NCBI GenBank assembly: GCA_008632985.1
Contig: QPGO01000014.1
Coordinates: 496,001-560,000, forward strand
Direction: 5' to 3'
DNA: 64,000 nucleotides
Source: Psammoneis japonica
Lineage: Eukaryota
Position numbers and translations under genes: made by a program. Of the stretch, positions 26,857 through 37,794 are shown piece by piece. Every line of letters starts with the position of its first letter. Position 1 is the first letter of the stretch. The notes under the pieces are model-generated. The model ran no database searches. It was not told the DNA's origin and saw only the letters and a list, made by a program, of their open reading frames with translations.

Positions 26857-27481
26857 TTAAAAGCACAACATAATTTCACAACATGCAAAAGCTTCAGAGA
26901 CCAACGTGAATTTGTCTTTCATGCAGACCACACAGGTTGTGCACTGGCAGAAAATCCACCGCATGTCAACTCACTCAGCAGTGATTCTACGCACATTCTA
27001 CTTGCACCTCACACACACACACACACCTGCACAGTCTAACAACTGCGCACACATGCGCGAGATGATGACAATCATGTTGTTTTAATGGGGACCGCTGACT
27101 TGTTTTTTCTGCATTTATCCTAAAACTGGCAATGTGTTTGAATGCGTTTGTTTGTTGTTGTCAATTTTAAATGCAAGAATTGTTCAATCACCCATGAAAA
27201 CGAGAAACATCAGGCACCGCGATCAAAGCACGATGATGATGGCCATTGTGCCATCTCTCAAAATTGGCCCAGTGGCACGAGGGACAAAAGCACACAAATC
27301 AATCTGTGCTGCATCATGATGACAAAACCAATGAGCATCCCTCATGAGGTGATGCTTTGCAACTCACCGCTCTTCGTGAACATCATCATTGTCGCTCGTG
27401 CTTTTGTTGTGTCATTTTCTGTTGCAACATGTCAAAAACGCGGAAAACCCGGAAAAGACGTGAAAAAAAAACAAGCCGATG

Positions 27482-30095
27482 GTCCGCCTCAAGTGGGCGT
27501 GCCACAGTTCTTGGCCCATTCATTTTCTACGTGGCCTGGTGCAACCCAAATTTGTGTAGATTCAGCACATTTTGCCCTGCAGAATGACTTTTGGGACTGT
27601 TTTCTGGCTGGCGGCTCAAAACAACACGCAAAATGACATGGACAATGGCGTTTCGCCGATTTCAAAAATGCGGTTGTTTCTGAGGCACTTTGTAGTGTGC
27701 TCTCAACAGAATGTCTTATGTCACAGCACAAGGCACATGACAAGCTTGAGAGTGCACAGGTTCATGTGGGCAGCTGATGGTGAAAATTCTCACTGAAGGT
27801 TCACGTTGACAGCGTCGCTTCTGTTGCATCACGACCGACCTCATGTGTTGCCATTTTTGCTGTGTGTTTCGTTGAGGCTTCACACATTAACACCCGTTTG
27901 ACTCACATGTGTTGTCTCTTTCTACATTGTTCTTTTGTTCTGCAGGGTCTCCATCATCGCAAGGCATCCCAGAAACACTTTTCCTTGTCAAGAATGTCAG
28001 TTCTGCAATGCGATGGCAGCGGCAATTCCAAAACGAGGCAAAGTCACAGACAAAGCATCAGGCTGACTTCACAACAAACATGGTGACTTGGAGCTGTGGT
28101 GTCAAAAGCTGGATGAGCTCTCAAGAGCTCAGATCCGTCACAGTGCATTTTTGACAACAGTTCTCCCTGCCTCCACTTGGTGATGCGGAGTTTGATTCGG
28201 CAGACAAGTGCATCATGGCTGCTCTGAAGGTTTAGATTGCTTCTTTTGGCTGCAAGGCAGTTTGTGAGCTAGAAATGTGTGGCTCACTTGCCCAATTTGT
28301 TGGCCAATGCAACAAACTTAGAGGGTGACAGCTGGGACAGATGATCATTGTGTCAAGTCTAAAAAGCAGCTAAAGATTGTAAGCCAACAAGAAGAACTGG
28401 CTTTAAAATTTGTCATGGGGGCATGGACTTCATTTCATTGGGGCATCACGTCTCCATTGTTGTTCTAGAGTGAACATCAACTGGTGTTGTTGCCGCCAAC
28501 GTGCGAGTTCGCCTTGACAATCGGTTGCACTGCATTCTGAGATTTTGGAATAAAAAACAACTTTTGTTTGCATTGCTCCATTGTGAGAGAAAGCTCATCA
28601 GCTTCCCCTGGCCCTTTTGGAGCAATTGGGCAAGTGAAAGAGGAGCTGCAGAAAGATGCGGACGATGCCATTTTGATGCGTTGTCGTCAGGTGGTGTCGT
28701 CATGAGGTCGCGTGATGGAGTGCCGCACTTTCTGTTTTGTGCTGCGTCTGTGCAGGGGAGGGCGGCCCAGAGATCGCCTGGTGCACTTTTTATGTAGAAA
28801 CTGCATGAGAGCCAAGCACGTACGTTCCCACCCACATGCAGTGCAAAAACACAAAGCGGCACTCTGTCACAACGACTCACTCCTCGCGACACACCACGTG
28901 ATGACAATCCATCAAAATGGCATCGTCCATGTCATTCTGCAGCTCCTCTTTCACCCATCCAATTTTTCCAAAAGGGCCAGGGAAAGCTCACATGCTTCCG
29001 TTGTGATGGAGTGATGCAAGTGCAAGTTGTTCTTTTCATCCCACAATCTCAGAATGCAGTGCAGCACATTGTTGAGCCACACGCGCACGCATTTGCTGTT
29101 CACTCTAGAACAACAATGGAGACGTGACACCCCAATGAAATGTGCTCTGCACTCACTTGATAAATTGCAAAGCCCAAAATTCTTGTTGGCTGACACTCTA
29201 GAGCTGCTTCATTGAAGACTTGACACAATGATCCATTTGGTTGTCCTTCACCCTCTAAATTTGTTGTGTTGGCTAACAAATGGTGCAAATGAGCCAAACA
29301 TTTCTAGTTGTGAACTAACCTGCAGCCAAAAGAAGCAATCTGTGCCTTTAGAACCACCATGATGCACTGGTCTTCCAAACAAAACTCCGCATCAGCTTCT
29401 GGAGTCACGTCAAACGCACGTCAAAATTGCTCGACGACAAATCTGAGCTGTCAAGAGCTTGAACATCTTCAGACACCACACAGATCCAAGCTGCCACATT
29501 TGTTGTGAAGTCACCCTGATGCTGTGTCTGTGACTTGGCCTTGTGGTCAGACTGCCGTGGCCGTTGCAAGGCAGAAATGACACTCTGGGTGTGAATTTGT
29601 CTCTCAGGGACACCTTGCAATGACGGAGACCCCACAGAACAAAAGAACAATGTAGAAAGAGACAAAACATGCAAGTCAAATGGTTGTTAATGTGTGAAGC
29701 CTCAACAAAACACACAGCACGAATGGCGACACATGAGGTTGGTCGTGATGCAACAGAAGCGACGCTGTCAACGCGAAGCTTCAGTGAGAATTTCACCATC
29801 AGCTGCCCACATGAACCTGTGCACTCTCAAGCTCATCACACACCTTGTGCTGCAACGCAAGACATTCCATTGAGAGTGCACTGCAAAGCACCTCAGAAAC
29901 AACCGCATTTTTGAAATTGGTGAAACGCCATTGTCCGTGTCATTTTGCGTGTTGTTTTGCATCGCGAGCCAGAGAACACTCCCAAAAACTGTTCTGCAGG
30001 GCAAAGTGCACTGAACACACACAGATTTGGGTTGCACCAGGCCACGTAGAAAATGAACGAGCCGAGAACTGTGGTGCGCCCACTCAAATGGACTG
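27482..30095. repeat. ~2.6-kb diverged palindrome (two ~1.3-kb inverted arms, centre ~28793, almost no spacer)
   Basis: cattttctacgtggcctggtgcaacccaaat (27521) vs its reverse complement at ~30025-30055; cacgtctccattgttgttctagagtgaaca (28447) vs 29097-29126; matches continue to the centre. Confidence 0.9.
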
Positions 30096-32084
30096 GACTT
30101 GTCAGAACAATGATTTGACATGCGCAAGGTCGCAGCGGAGCCGCCGAACACCATGGTGTTTTGATGCTGTCAATAGAATGTTCAGCTTCGTGCACAAACA
30201 AGTTGATTGAAATTGGAGATGTGGAGTCATTCCTGGTTAGTTATCAACAATTTTTGAGGAGCACATGTTGAATGAATGTGTCATTTCTCGCAGAATTGCA
30301 GACGTCCAATTTCACACTCTCGCAGTCGTGAAAAAATCGGGTGTAATTTTGGGGTGTAAATTCACGCGATGCGCATTTTTACACCCCCAAATTACACCCC
30401 AAATTACACCCCATTTTCCACGACTGCGACGGGTCTCAGCCTGCTCACATCCTGCATCCCACCCATGCATCATGTCAGCAGCAGCTGTTGACAAGGACAC
30501 AAACACAGCTGGGTTCTTGCAATTTAATGACCAAGTTGAAATCACATCCCCAGGAGTTGACAAAGTCTCCTTGGCAAAGCTGAGTGGTGGAAGAGCTTCT
30601 GGAATGACAGCTGGAGTGACACATCAATGGCTGCTCTTTTTGTTTTGGGGATTGCTGCAGTGCTCTTCTCACACTTCCAGGAATGCTCCAATCATCAAAC
30701 AAGGGCTGTTCTCATTGAATGGCATTGAACAATGATCTCATCAAATGCAGTGACAAGGTTGGTCATTTGTTGAGGAAGAACAGATGCATTGCCAGTGACA
30801 TCTCTCCAAGGCTGCCATCCGATGGTGTGCATGGAGGATGCAATCATGATCCAAGTTGTGTTCCACTGCCGGCAGGTGTGCACAAACTGCATTTGCCTGC
30901 AGAGACTTGTTTTTTTGTCTCAAGCTCACAGCTGATGAATGGGGAGGAGAAACATCTTGGACAGTGAAGAAATCCAGCGACAATGTTGTTGGCTCAGGGA
31001 GTGGTTGCCACAGCTTTGCATCCCACACCAAAAATCTGTGCCTGGCTCCCAATGTTTGCACATTCGCTGTTCACCATTTGGAGAGTGATGGAATTTGTTG
31101 CACATGTGGTGAAGGAGGACCCCACTCCACAACTTGGGAAGGCATGTCAATTCAAATAGTGGGGCATTTTGTGGACTTGGAAGAGACATCATTTGGCACA
31201 TTGCTCAGCTTGGGGCCTGAGGTGTCTCCAGATGGCACCCCCTCTGCATTGAACACTGGCTGCAAAGACAATGCCAGCTGGCAATGCAGTGCCAGAAAGG
31301 GGGAAGAAAAAATGCAAGCACCTCAAGGTGAATCCATTTGCAAGATGCAGCTTGTTGGGATGGAACCAAATGGGGCAGCTGACATCTGGTTGCAACTCTT
31401 GTCTGCTTTCATGTGTTTTTTGTGTCAAAGTGTGCCAGATGAGACATCATCAGTGACTGTGATCATTGAGAACCAGATGCCACCAAGCCCATCAACTGTT
31501 GCACCAACACCTTGGCCTGCACCCCTTTCTCCAAATTGTTGCCTCCACTGTTGATCCAACATCAGTGCCAACAGCCCAGCCTTCACCAAAACCCACCTTG
31601 AATCCATCACACATCCCAACTCCAGCACCCACCCGTTCACCTGCAGGGACCCTGTCACATCCACCCATGGCACGTCCAACGGTGACACCAACAGTGAATC
31701 CAACAAGCATGCAAACAACTCCAGCCCCAATGGTGGCAACCACCTGACTGCCAGTGGCAAGGTTGTCATTGAGTGCTGCTGTTCCTGCAGAAACATGGGA
31801 AGTGGCCAACATGATTTGTGCAGTGTGGCACGTGCCAGGGACAGCAGATCTGCTCACCCTGGCAAAATCATCAATTGCAACAGCTTTCTTTGTTGCAAGG
31901 GACTTTGCAGCTTGTGCAGACAAAACCTTTCTTGGCTCTGGCAGCTGCAATCATTTGTGTTGTCAGGGTGTGAGTGCGCATGCAAGCAATCCTTCATTGA
32001 GTTGCCAAGTGCAAGAGCTTGCTGCAATTGTGTTCAGGCCTGTTTGCAGGCACACTTTGTGAGAAAAGACAAAGCTCCATTTAA

Positions 32085-32486
32085 GGGGGGTCATTTGATG
32101 CTGTTTCAAGCTCAAATTTAGCCCAACAGCTCATGATTTGCATGATTTTTCCTGAATTTTAGCTGTGCTTCACACCATGGTGAAAACATCAAGCTGCAAG
32201 TCTGTGACAGAGGTGGTCCATCTGTCAACTGTCATTTGTTTGATGTTCATTGCACATCAAAAAAAGATCACACACACACATCAAGTGTTTGAGGATGGAC
32301 CACTGTGTTTTGGAGAAATGTCGACATTGCCATCATCATCATGTTTTGATCATGGCACCTGATGTTCTTTTTTTGTGCATGATTGGGGGTGAATGCAAAC
32401 AATTTTTTGTGTTCAAAAACAAACACCACAAAAATCCTCATTCAAGTGCCATGGCAATTCCAGGATGAACATGGGGACGACCCCCC
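32085..32486. mobile_element. Non-autonomous TTAA-targeting element with GG...CC termini (Kolobok-like), first of a tandem pair
   Basis: TTAA-GGGGGGTCAT ... ACGACCCCCC-TCAA; absent from the paralog at ~21360. Confidence 0.7.
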
Positions 32487-32490
32487 TCAA

Positions 32491-32996
32491 GGATGGATCT
32501 ACATGCTGTGGTCTAATTTAAAACCGCTTGCATTTCACACACTTCAATGTGTTGTTTTGACCTGCCTCAGAGAACCCCCAAGCACTTGTGCATTTATCAA
32601 GCTCTTCTCAGGGCTGTTGGACCTGTGTGAGAGCTGAACATTTGAAGCTTCAAGTGCCACTTGTTAGCCTGTGCCCTGCTGCCAGGTTGGAAAAACCACT
32701 GATTGTTGCTAAAATTGGGTTTCTCATGGGAGATGAACCATGACTTTCTGGGAACATCTGATGGGTGGCATTTGACTGGCCACACACAGGTCCACAGTCA
32801 ACAAGGCAACAAAAAGTTGCGCATGGTCACAACCATTGTCCATGCATTCCATGATGTCTTTGAAGCAGGCAAAGTTCAACCTTTTGCCAAAATTTCATTT
32901 CAGGCAAACACACACATTTGGTGTGATGGATCTGGGTCATTTGTCATTAAAAAATTGTGAGCTCCAAAAAAAAAACTGCTGCACGTGGGTCCATCC
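32491..32996. mobile_element. Second Kolobok-like non-autonomous element sharing the central T(T/C)AA site
   Basis: TCAA-GGATGGATCTACATGC ... GCACGTGGGTCCATCC-TTCA; 16-bp TIR with 3 mismatches. Confidence 0.7.
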
Positions 32997-33925
32997 TTCA
33001 ATCAAAAAATGTCGGGTTGCATTTTGTGATGGAATGCAAGCTTGCATGGAAATGGACTTTAAAGGTGCTGGTCCCATTGACATGTGCTGCACTGGTCAGA
33101 CTCAGACTTGCCGCAAGTTTGGAGCTGGGGGGAACAAACTCAGAGGCTGAGTGAAGGAAAAGACAGTCTCTGCAGGGTGGGTGCTGAAGATGGCAGCAGG
33201 GCAGAGCACAACAGTGGAGCTCAAGTTTGTGACAGAGGCACTTTTGCTCTTGAGCCAGTGGGCATGTTGAAGTGTGCCATGAAGGTCCATTGTGCCACTT
33301 GCTTTGCAGTGGGCAGGAATGCAGCTCAAACCTCACAAGTGTTCCGTGCAATGACAATTTTGGTGCCTGCACGTGCAGCACACAGAATGACTTCTGCTTT
33401 TCAGCCTGTTGACCCCATCCAGTTTCAGACACCTGCAGCACTTGCCATGAACCAGAAGGACTTGGTGGATTGCTGCCAAAGGCCATGATCTGCTGTCCCA
33501 AATTTTGAATTGCATCTTCTTTGGCAGATGTGTCATTGACGGAAGGCCACGAGATCTTTCTCTTTCCACATTTGAAGTCGCCATCTTTTTTGGCAGAAGG
33601 GCATTTGTCATTTGTGGGCCAACCAGCACCCAAGAGCATCAGACACCTTTGCGTTGTGCACATGGGTTTGCACATTGTTTTTCCTCAACGTAAATTGCAA
33701 AAGTGGCACTCGATTGTTTGCTCCTGTCACTTGCTCTCGCACTTGCTCAAGATTTTCCGTCTGGTCAATTTTCTTTTGTTCGACTGGGAATTTGTCAGAG
33801 TCACATGTGCGGTGGCACAGAACTTGCATTTCCAATCGCACAGTCTCAAGCTTGTTTCAACATTGCACAAAAGAGCTTCATCGTTTTGCTGCGATTGATG
33901 TTTTCTGTTTTCATCCGTCGTTTTT

Positions 33926-34421
33926 GCGGCTCACGCCACCCGTCTTGTTCCTTCTCCTGCGGCTCTCTAGTGCTGTCTAGAGATCTTCTGATGATGGACT
34001 GGAATGGCTTCACCAGCGGATGCGCAAGCCTCATTCCCAAAAACCCAAGCTGGAACGGCAGGGCCAGAGGGCGGGAGAGGTGGGAGCGTTAAAAACCATC
34101 TAGCGGCTTCTTGCTCTTTGTTGCTCTTCGGAAGAATGAGTGAAGCAAACGAGAAAAGAGCAGAAAAATCCGTCATTTGCTCGCCAAGTTCGCGCAAGCA
34201 CGTTCAAATTTGAATTCAAACGGTTTGCATGACCCAACGGTCAAATGCGGGTCATTTGCCTCGTCGCACTACACAAGGTGGGCGGCTCACGCCGCCCGTC
34301 TTGTTCCTTCTCCTGCGGCTCTCTAGTGCCATCTAGAGATCTTCTGATGATGGACTGGAATGGCTTTGCCAGCGGATGCGCAAGCCTCATTCCCAAAAAC
34401 CCAAGCTGGAATGGCAGGGCC
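33926..34421 (-). repeat. Split direct repeats B2 (33926-34065), A2 (34085-34283), B1 (34282-34421)
   Basis: Direct sequence comparison. Confidence 0.95.
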
Positions 34422-34491
34422 TTCCAGCGCCACCTGTGGTGCCGTGCACTTTTGGGAGGGTGGGTGGGTTGAGGCTGGAGGGCTGTGGTGA

Positions 34492-35503
34492 TCAGGCGTC
34501 TTGAGGATTTTGAGGGACGTCAGCATTGGGGTGGAGGACGAAGTCGCCACCGGCGAGCATGTCGCGAGCGAAGTTGCGCATGACTGGTTCTGCTTGCAAG
34601 TGCAGGTGTCGCAACATTTTGTCAGATCGCCAGCGGCCTAAGAGCCGAATGAGATCGGTGTCGACGCGGGCACAAAGGAGGGCCATTGCTCCGGCGGCAC
34701 GAAGACACCGAGCGGCAACATCTCGGGTGGTGAAGCCGAGATTAGCCGGACCAAGAGCAGTGACAGCATTGCGCAGCATGCTGGTGATGTCGGCCGGGGA
34801 CACACGACGCCAGGTGTTGTTTTGAAAGTAAACACCAAGGGGTGTGTCAGGGAGCGCACCGTGGGTGCGCAAGTGTTGGACACGGCGGATGAGGGCTTGA
34901 ACCGGGCACAGGTGGGGGTGACCGGAAAGACCAAGCCCTAGAACTTCGCCTCGCACTCCATTTTTCTGGGTGGCAAAGGTGAGAGTGGCAAAGTTTGCTG
35001 TGTCAAGGTGTGCAAGTGGAACTTGCATGGTGTCAAGGTAAGCACCACCAGACACAAGCCGGACATCGGCGAGACGAAAGGGGGTGGTGTCTGATGGTGT
35101 TGCGGTGTACTCGCCAGGCCGTAACAAGAAGAAAAAGGCAAGTACAATCATTTCAGCAACAGCTTGTGTGCCCGGGGGCATTGCTGAGGGCTGCGGCAGT
35201 CATAATCCATTGCAGCACTGCAATCGGGACCGGTTTTACGCGGTCTGGGGGTGGATCCTGCTTCTTGTAAAAACGGACTTGCCGGGTGAGGCGGAAATCC
35301 ATTGTGCCTTGGGATGTGTGGCGTGGATCCGGGGACCCCATTGCAGCGAACGTTTGGCCAACCGAACGTACGGCATCTTCAGCGGTTCTTCCACGGACGG
35401 GATTGCCCATCGGCGCGAGGACTCCTGTGCGGTGTCGGTGCAAGAAGACTTGGAGGAAGACAACAGGGTCGTCAACGTCTTCGAGGAGTGGGTCGATGGC
35501 CAA
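34492..35503 (-). pseudogene. Tyrosine recombinase of the Ngaro-like element; frameshift ~35175, presumed catalytic Tyr replaced by His
   Basis: FFFLLRPGEY, R-x-LRAAGA and LLGRWRSD.MLR(H)L motifs; N-terminal part in overlapping frame 35153-35503. Confidence 0.9.
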
Positions 35504-37620
35504 AGAGGAGCAGAACTCTCGCCATTTGTCCCAATGGGCATTGGTGGCGGAGCCTCTGGAAGAGGCAACGCCATGCTGGACTGCGTGTTGAGCAGCATTG
35601 AGATCACGTATGAACTCAGTTCTGGTGGAGGCGTCCAGAGACGCCAGGAGAGTTTCTGCGGATAGTGCAAATTAAAGTGACGCAAAAATTCACGGTTGGA
35701 CAAAGACTGTAGTCGTGAGGCATCGTCAGCGGCAGTGTTGAGGCATCCAGGTAGGCAGTCATGCAACCCCAAGCAGCGATGGTAGCGTTGGTGGTAGGAT
35801 TGGTGTCGAAGCAACCGGGAGGCGGGTTTGACGGCAGTGGTGGCACCTTTACGTTGCCAGTGCATGGTGCCTGAATTGTCGGTGCGTGAAAGACCAGTGC
35901 GTTCACGGATGTCAAAACAGTCGGCGGCGCCGAAGGACTGAATGACACTGCCGGCAAGTTCCAGGTCTGTGTTGGTGATGGGACCGCGCGGGTTGGAGAA
36001 AGTGGAGAGTTGACTGCTGACACTTTTGGGAAAGGGCAGTCGCCACACTGCAGGACCCACATCTCTCTGTTGACAGCGTCCGCAATTGCCGAAACGGAGA
36101 GTGGCTGCTCTGGGTGCTGTGGCACTGGTTGGCAGGAGGACGCCGCCTGCGCCGTGACCTGCAGCATCATGACAGCCGGTGAGTGTTGGTTTGAGTGGAA
36201 CCAATTCTTGAATGCGAACGGGTCGGGCGTCTAGGGTAGATTCTAGATCCCGAAAATCATCTAGTGCGCAGTGCGCATTGGCGGAGATCCGGACCCGTGA
36301 GTCCGGAGTGGTGTGTCGGAGATTTTCTTGGAGCACTGAGAAGAGACCCCGGGAGCCGGGGACAGCAATGCTCAGAGAGCGCAGCTCTCCCAGTAATTTC
36401 TGACAATCGGAGACGGTGGCACGTTTACGTGTGCGGGGGAAATCCTGGTGCAGCGTTGTGTGAAGTCGGGCACGCCGTCGGGGCGTGAGCCGGATGGTCA
36501 TAGCGCGAGTGTCTATGAGCCAACCCAGGACTTCTTTCTGCGTGGACCATGTGGCATCACCCTGGCGGAGCTTCTTGATGGAGACGGGCTCTTTGCGGGT
36601 GGCTGGGTCATGTGCATCGAGTGGGCGGAAAATGTCATCGAGAACATGCAGCATCACACGGTGAACGTTATGCCGGGCTTGTTTCGAACCTTGCGCAGCG
36701 CCGAGGAAGTCGTCTACATAGATGTCGATGTATTGCAAGCGGCGGCGCCGACGCGGTCGGAGGTGTGGGTCGGGCGCATTGGGAATGGGCACGGCCTGGG
36801 AAGCTGCGGCAACTTGTGGTGGTTGGTGCTTCGGCGGGCGGCTTTCTAAAAGCGATTCCAGCGGATGTGGCGGTGCTTGGACGTTGCGCACCAAATCCAA
36901 ATTGGCGACATCGGCAACAGTCTCCGTTGCTGTGCAGAACAATGGCGGGGAGTTGGCCCAGCCCATGGGCAAGCGTGTTGGGATTGCAACCAATGGTGGT
37001 TCGCCCGGTTGGTTCGGGAACACTGCACCAAGTGTAGGAGCCTGTTCTGGCGCAACTTGCATGCGGCAATGGCCATCAGCCAAGTCGATCTTCATGAGAT
37101 AGACCGTGCCTTTTCTGGGATCGGCGAGCAGGATACGGCGTAGAAGGCGGTCGAAGGCACGTCCAAATTGCATGGCTTCCGTTGCAGCGTTGGGTTGCGT
37201 GGAGGGATTTAGCCCACAATGGGCACAGTCTACAATGGGGTGGGGACGTCAACCATGTTGAGGCACCACGCCAATTGGGCTCAGGCGAAGACCGGGGGTG
37301 TGACGCACTTCCTCGTAAGGGATGACAACCCAAAAGCCCTTCTCGACCATGTCGGCCATGTCTTGGCGCAGAAACTCGATGTGTTCGTAGGCGGATTTGT
37401 GTGGACCCCTGGAGACACTGGCGTCTAGCTCAGCACACGTCCATGGTGCATCGGCGGCGGTGATGGGGGCACCTCAGTGCTTGCAAGTGCTTGGCAGTCG
37501 GTGAGCTGGGTGTGGCTTGACTCGGTGGAGTGGACCCCAATCGCCTCTGCCGCTGCGATGACGCAACAAGTAACTGAGACCTTTACGACGCAGTAACGCA
37601 GCATCAGTTCGCATGTGCTC
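35236..37620 (-). pseudogene. Reverse transcriptase / RNase H of the Ngaro-like element; two in-frame TGA stops upstream of 37173
   Basis: LRLSPIGVVPQ, KIDLADG, LPMGWANSPPLFC, YVDDF, DAAGHGAGG, ITNTDLELAG, DNS, NTAADDASR. Confidence 0.92.
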
Positions 37621-37794
37621 ACCTGGTTTGTCATTGCAGATTGCGGCAGCAACATCCTGTCCACGGGCAGTGGGGCGGGTGCGCTGCCTCTTGAAATTCT
37701 CCACAGTCGGGGGTTGTGGACGCGATGGCGCGTCAACCATCGTGGATGAAGGCTCTTGGCTCCAAGTCCCCGAACTTGGGCCATTGCCGAAGAC

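Larger units (their letters stand above)
25397..30435. mobile_element. ~5.0-kb TIR DNA transposon, probably non-autonomous (PIF/Harbinger-like if the TSD is 3-bp TCA; a 5-bp CTCAG TSD reading is also possible)
   Basis: Perfect 17-bp TIR GACCCGTCGCAGTCGTG, extending imperfectly to ~64 bp with GGGGTGTAATTT subrepeats. Splits the subtilase sequence gagactcagcctg. No transposase recognised. Confidence 0.9.
24521..33390 (+). pseudogene. Hypermutated full-length subtilase paralog (copy 3) without propeller, interrupted by TE insertions at 25397-30435 and 32085-32996
   Basis: Colinear with copy 2 from the start codon (aaagtttaaaatgcaatgcctg vs aaagcttaaaatgcgacgccta) onward. Many stops and frameshifts; substitutions concentrated at CpG and TpA. 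Confidence 0.9.

Noticed and set aside
32479..32497. Internal sequence complementary to both ends of 32085-32996 as a DIRS-style internal complementary region
   Set aside because: Better explained as the junction of two tandem TIR elements sharing a TTAA-derived site.
33985..34050. CTGATGA in the Ngaro B repeat as a hammerhead ribozyme core
   Set aside because: Antisense to the element, with no GAAA closing a proper stem II and no convincing stems I/III.
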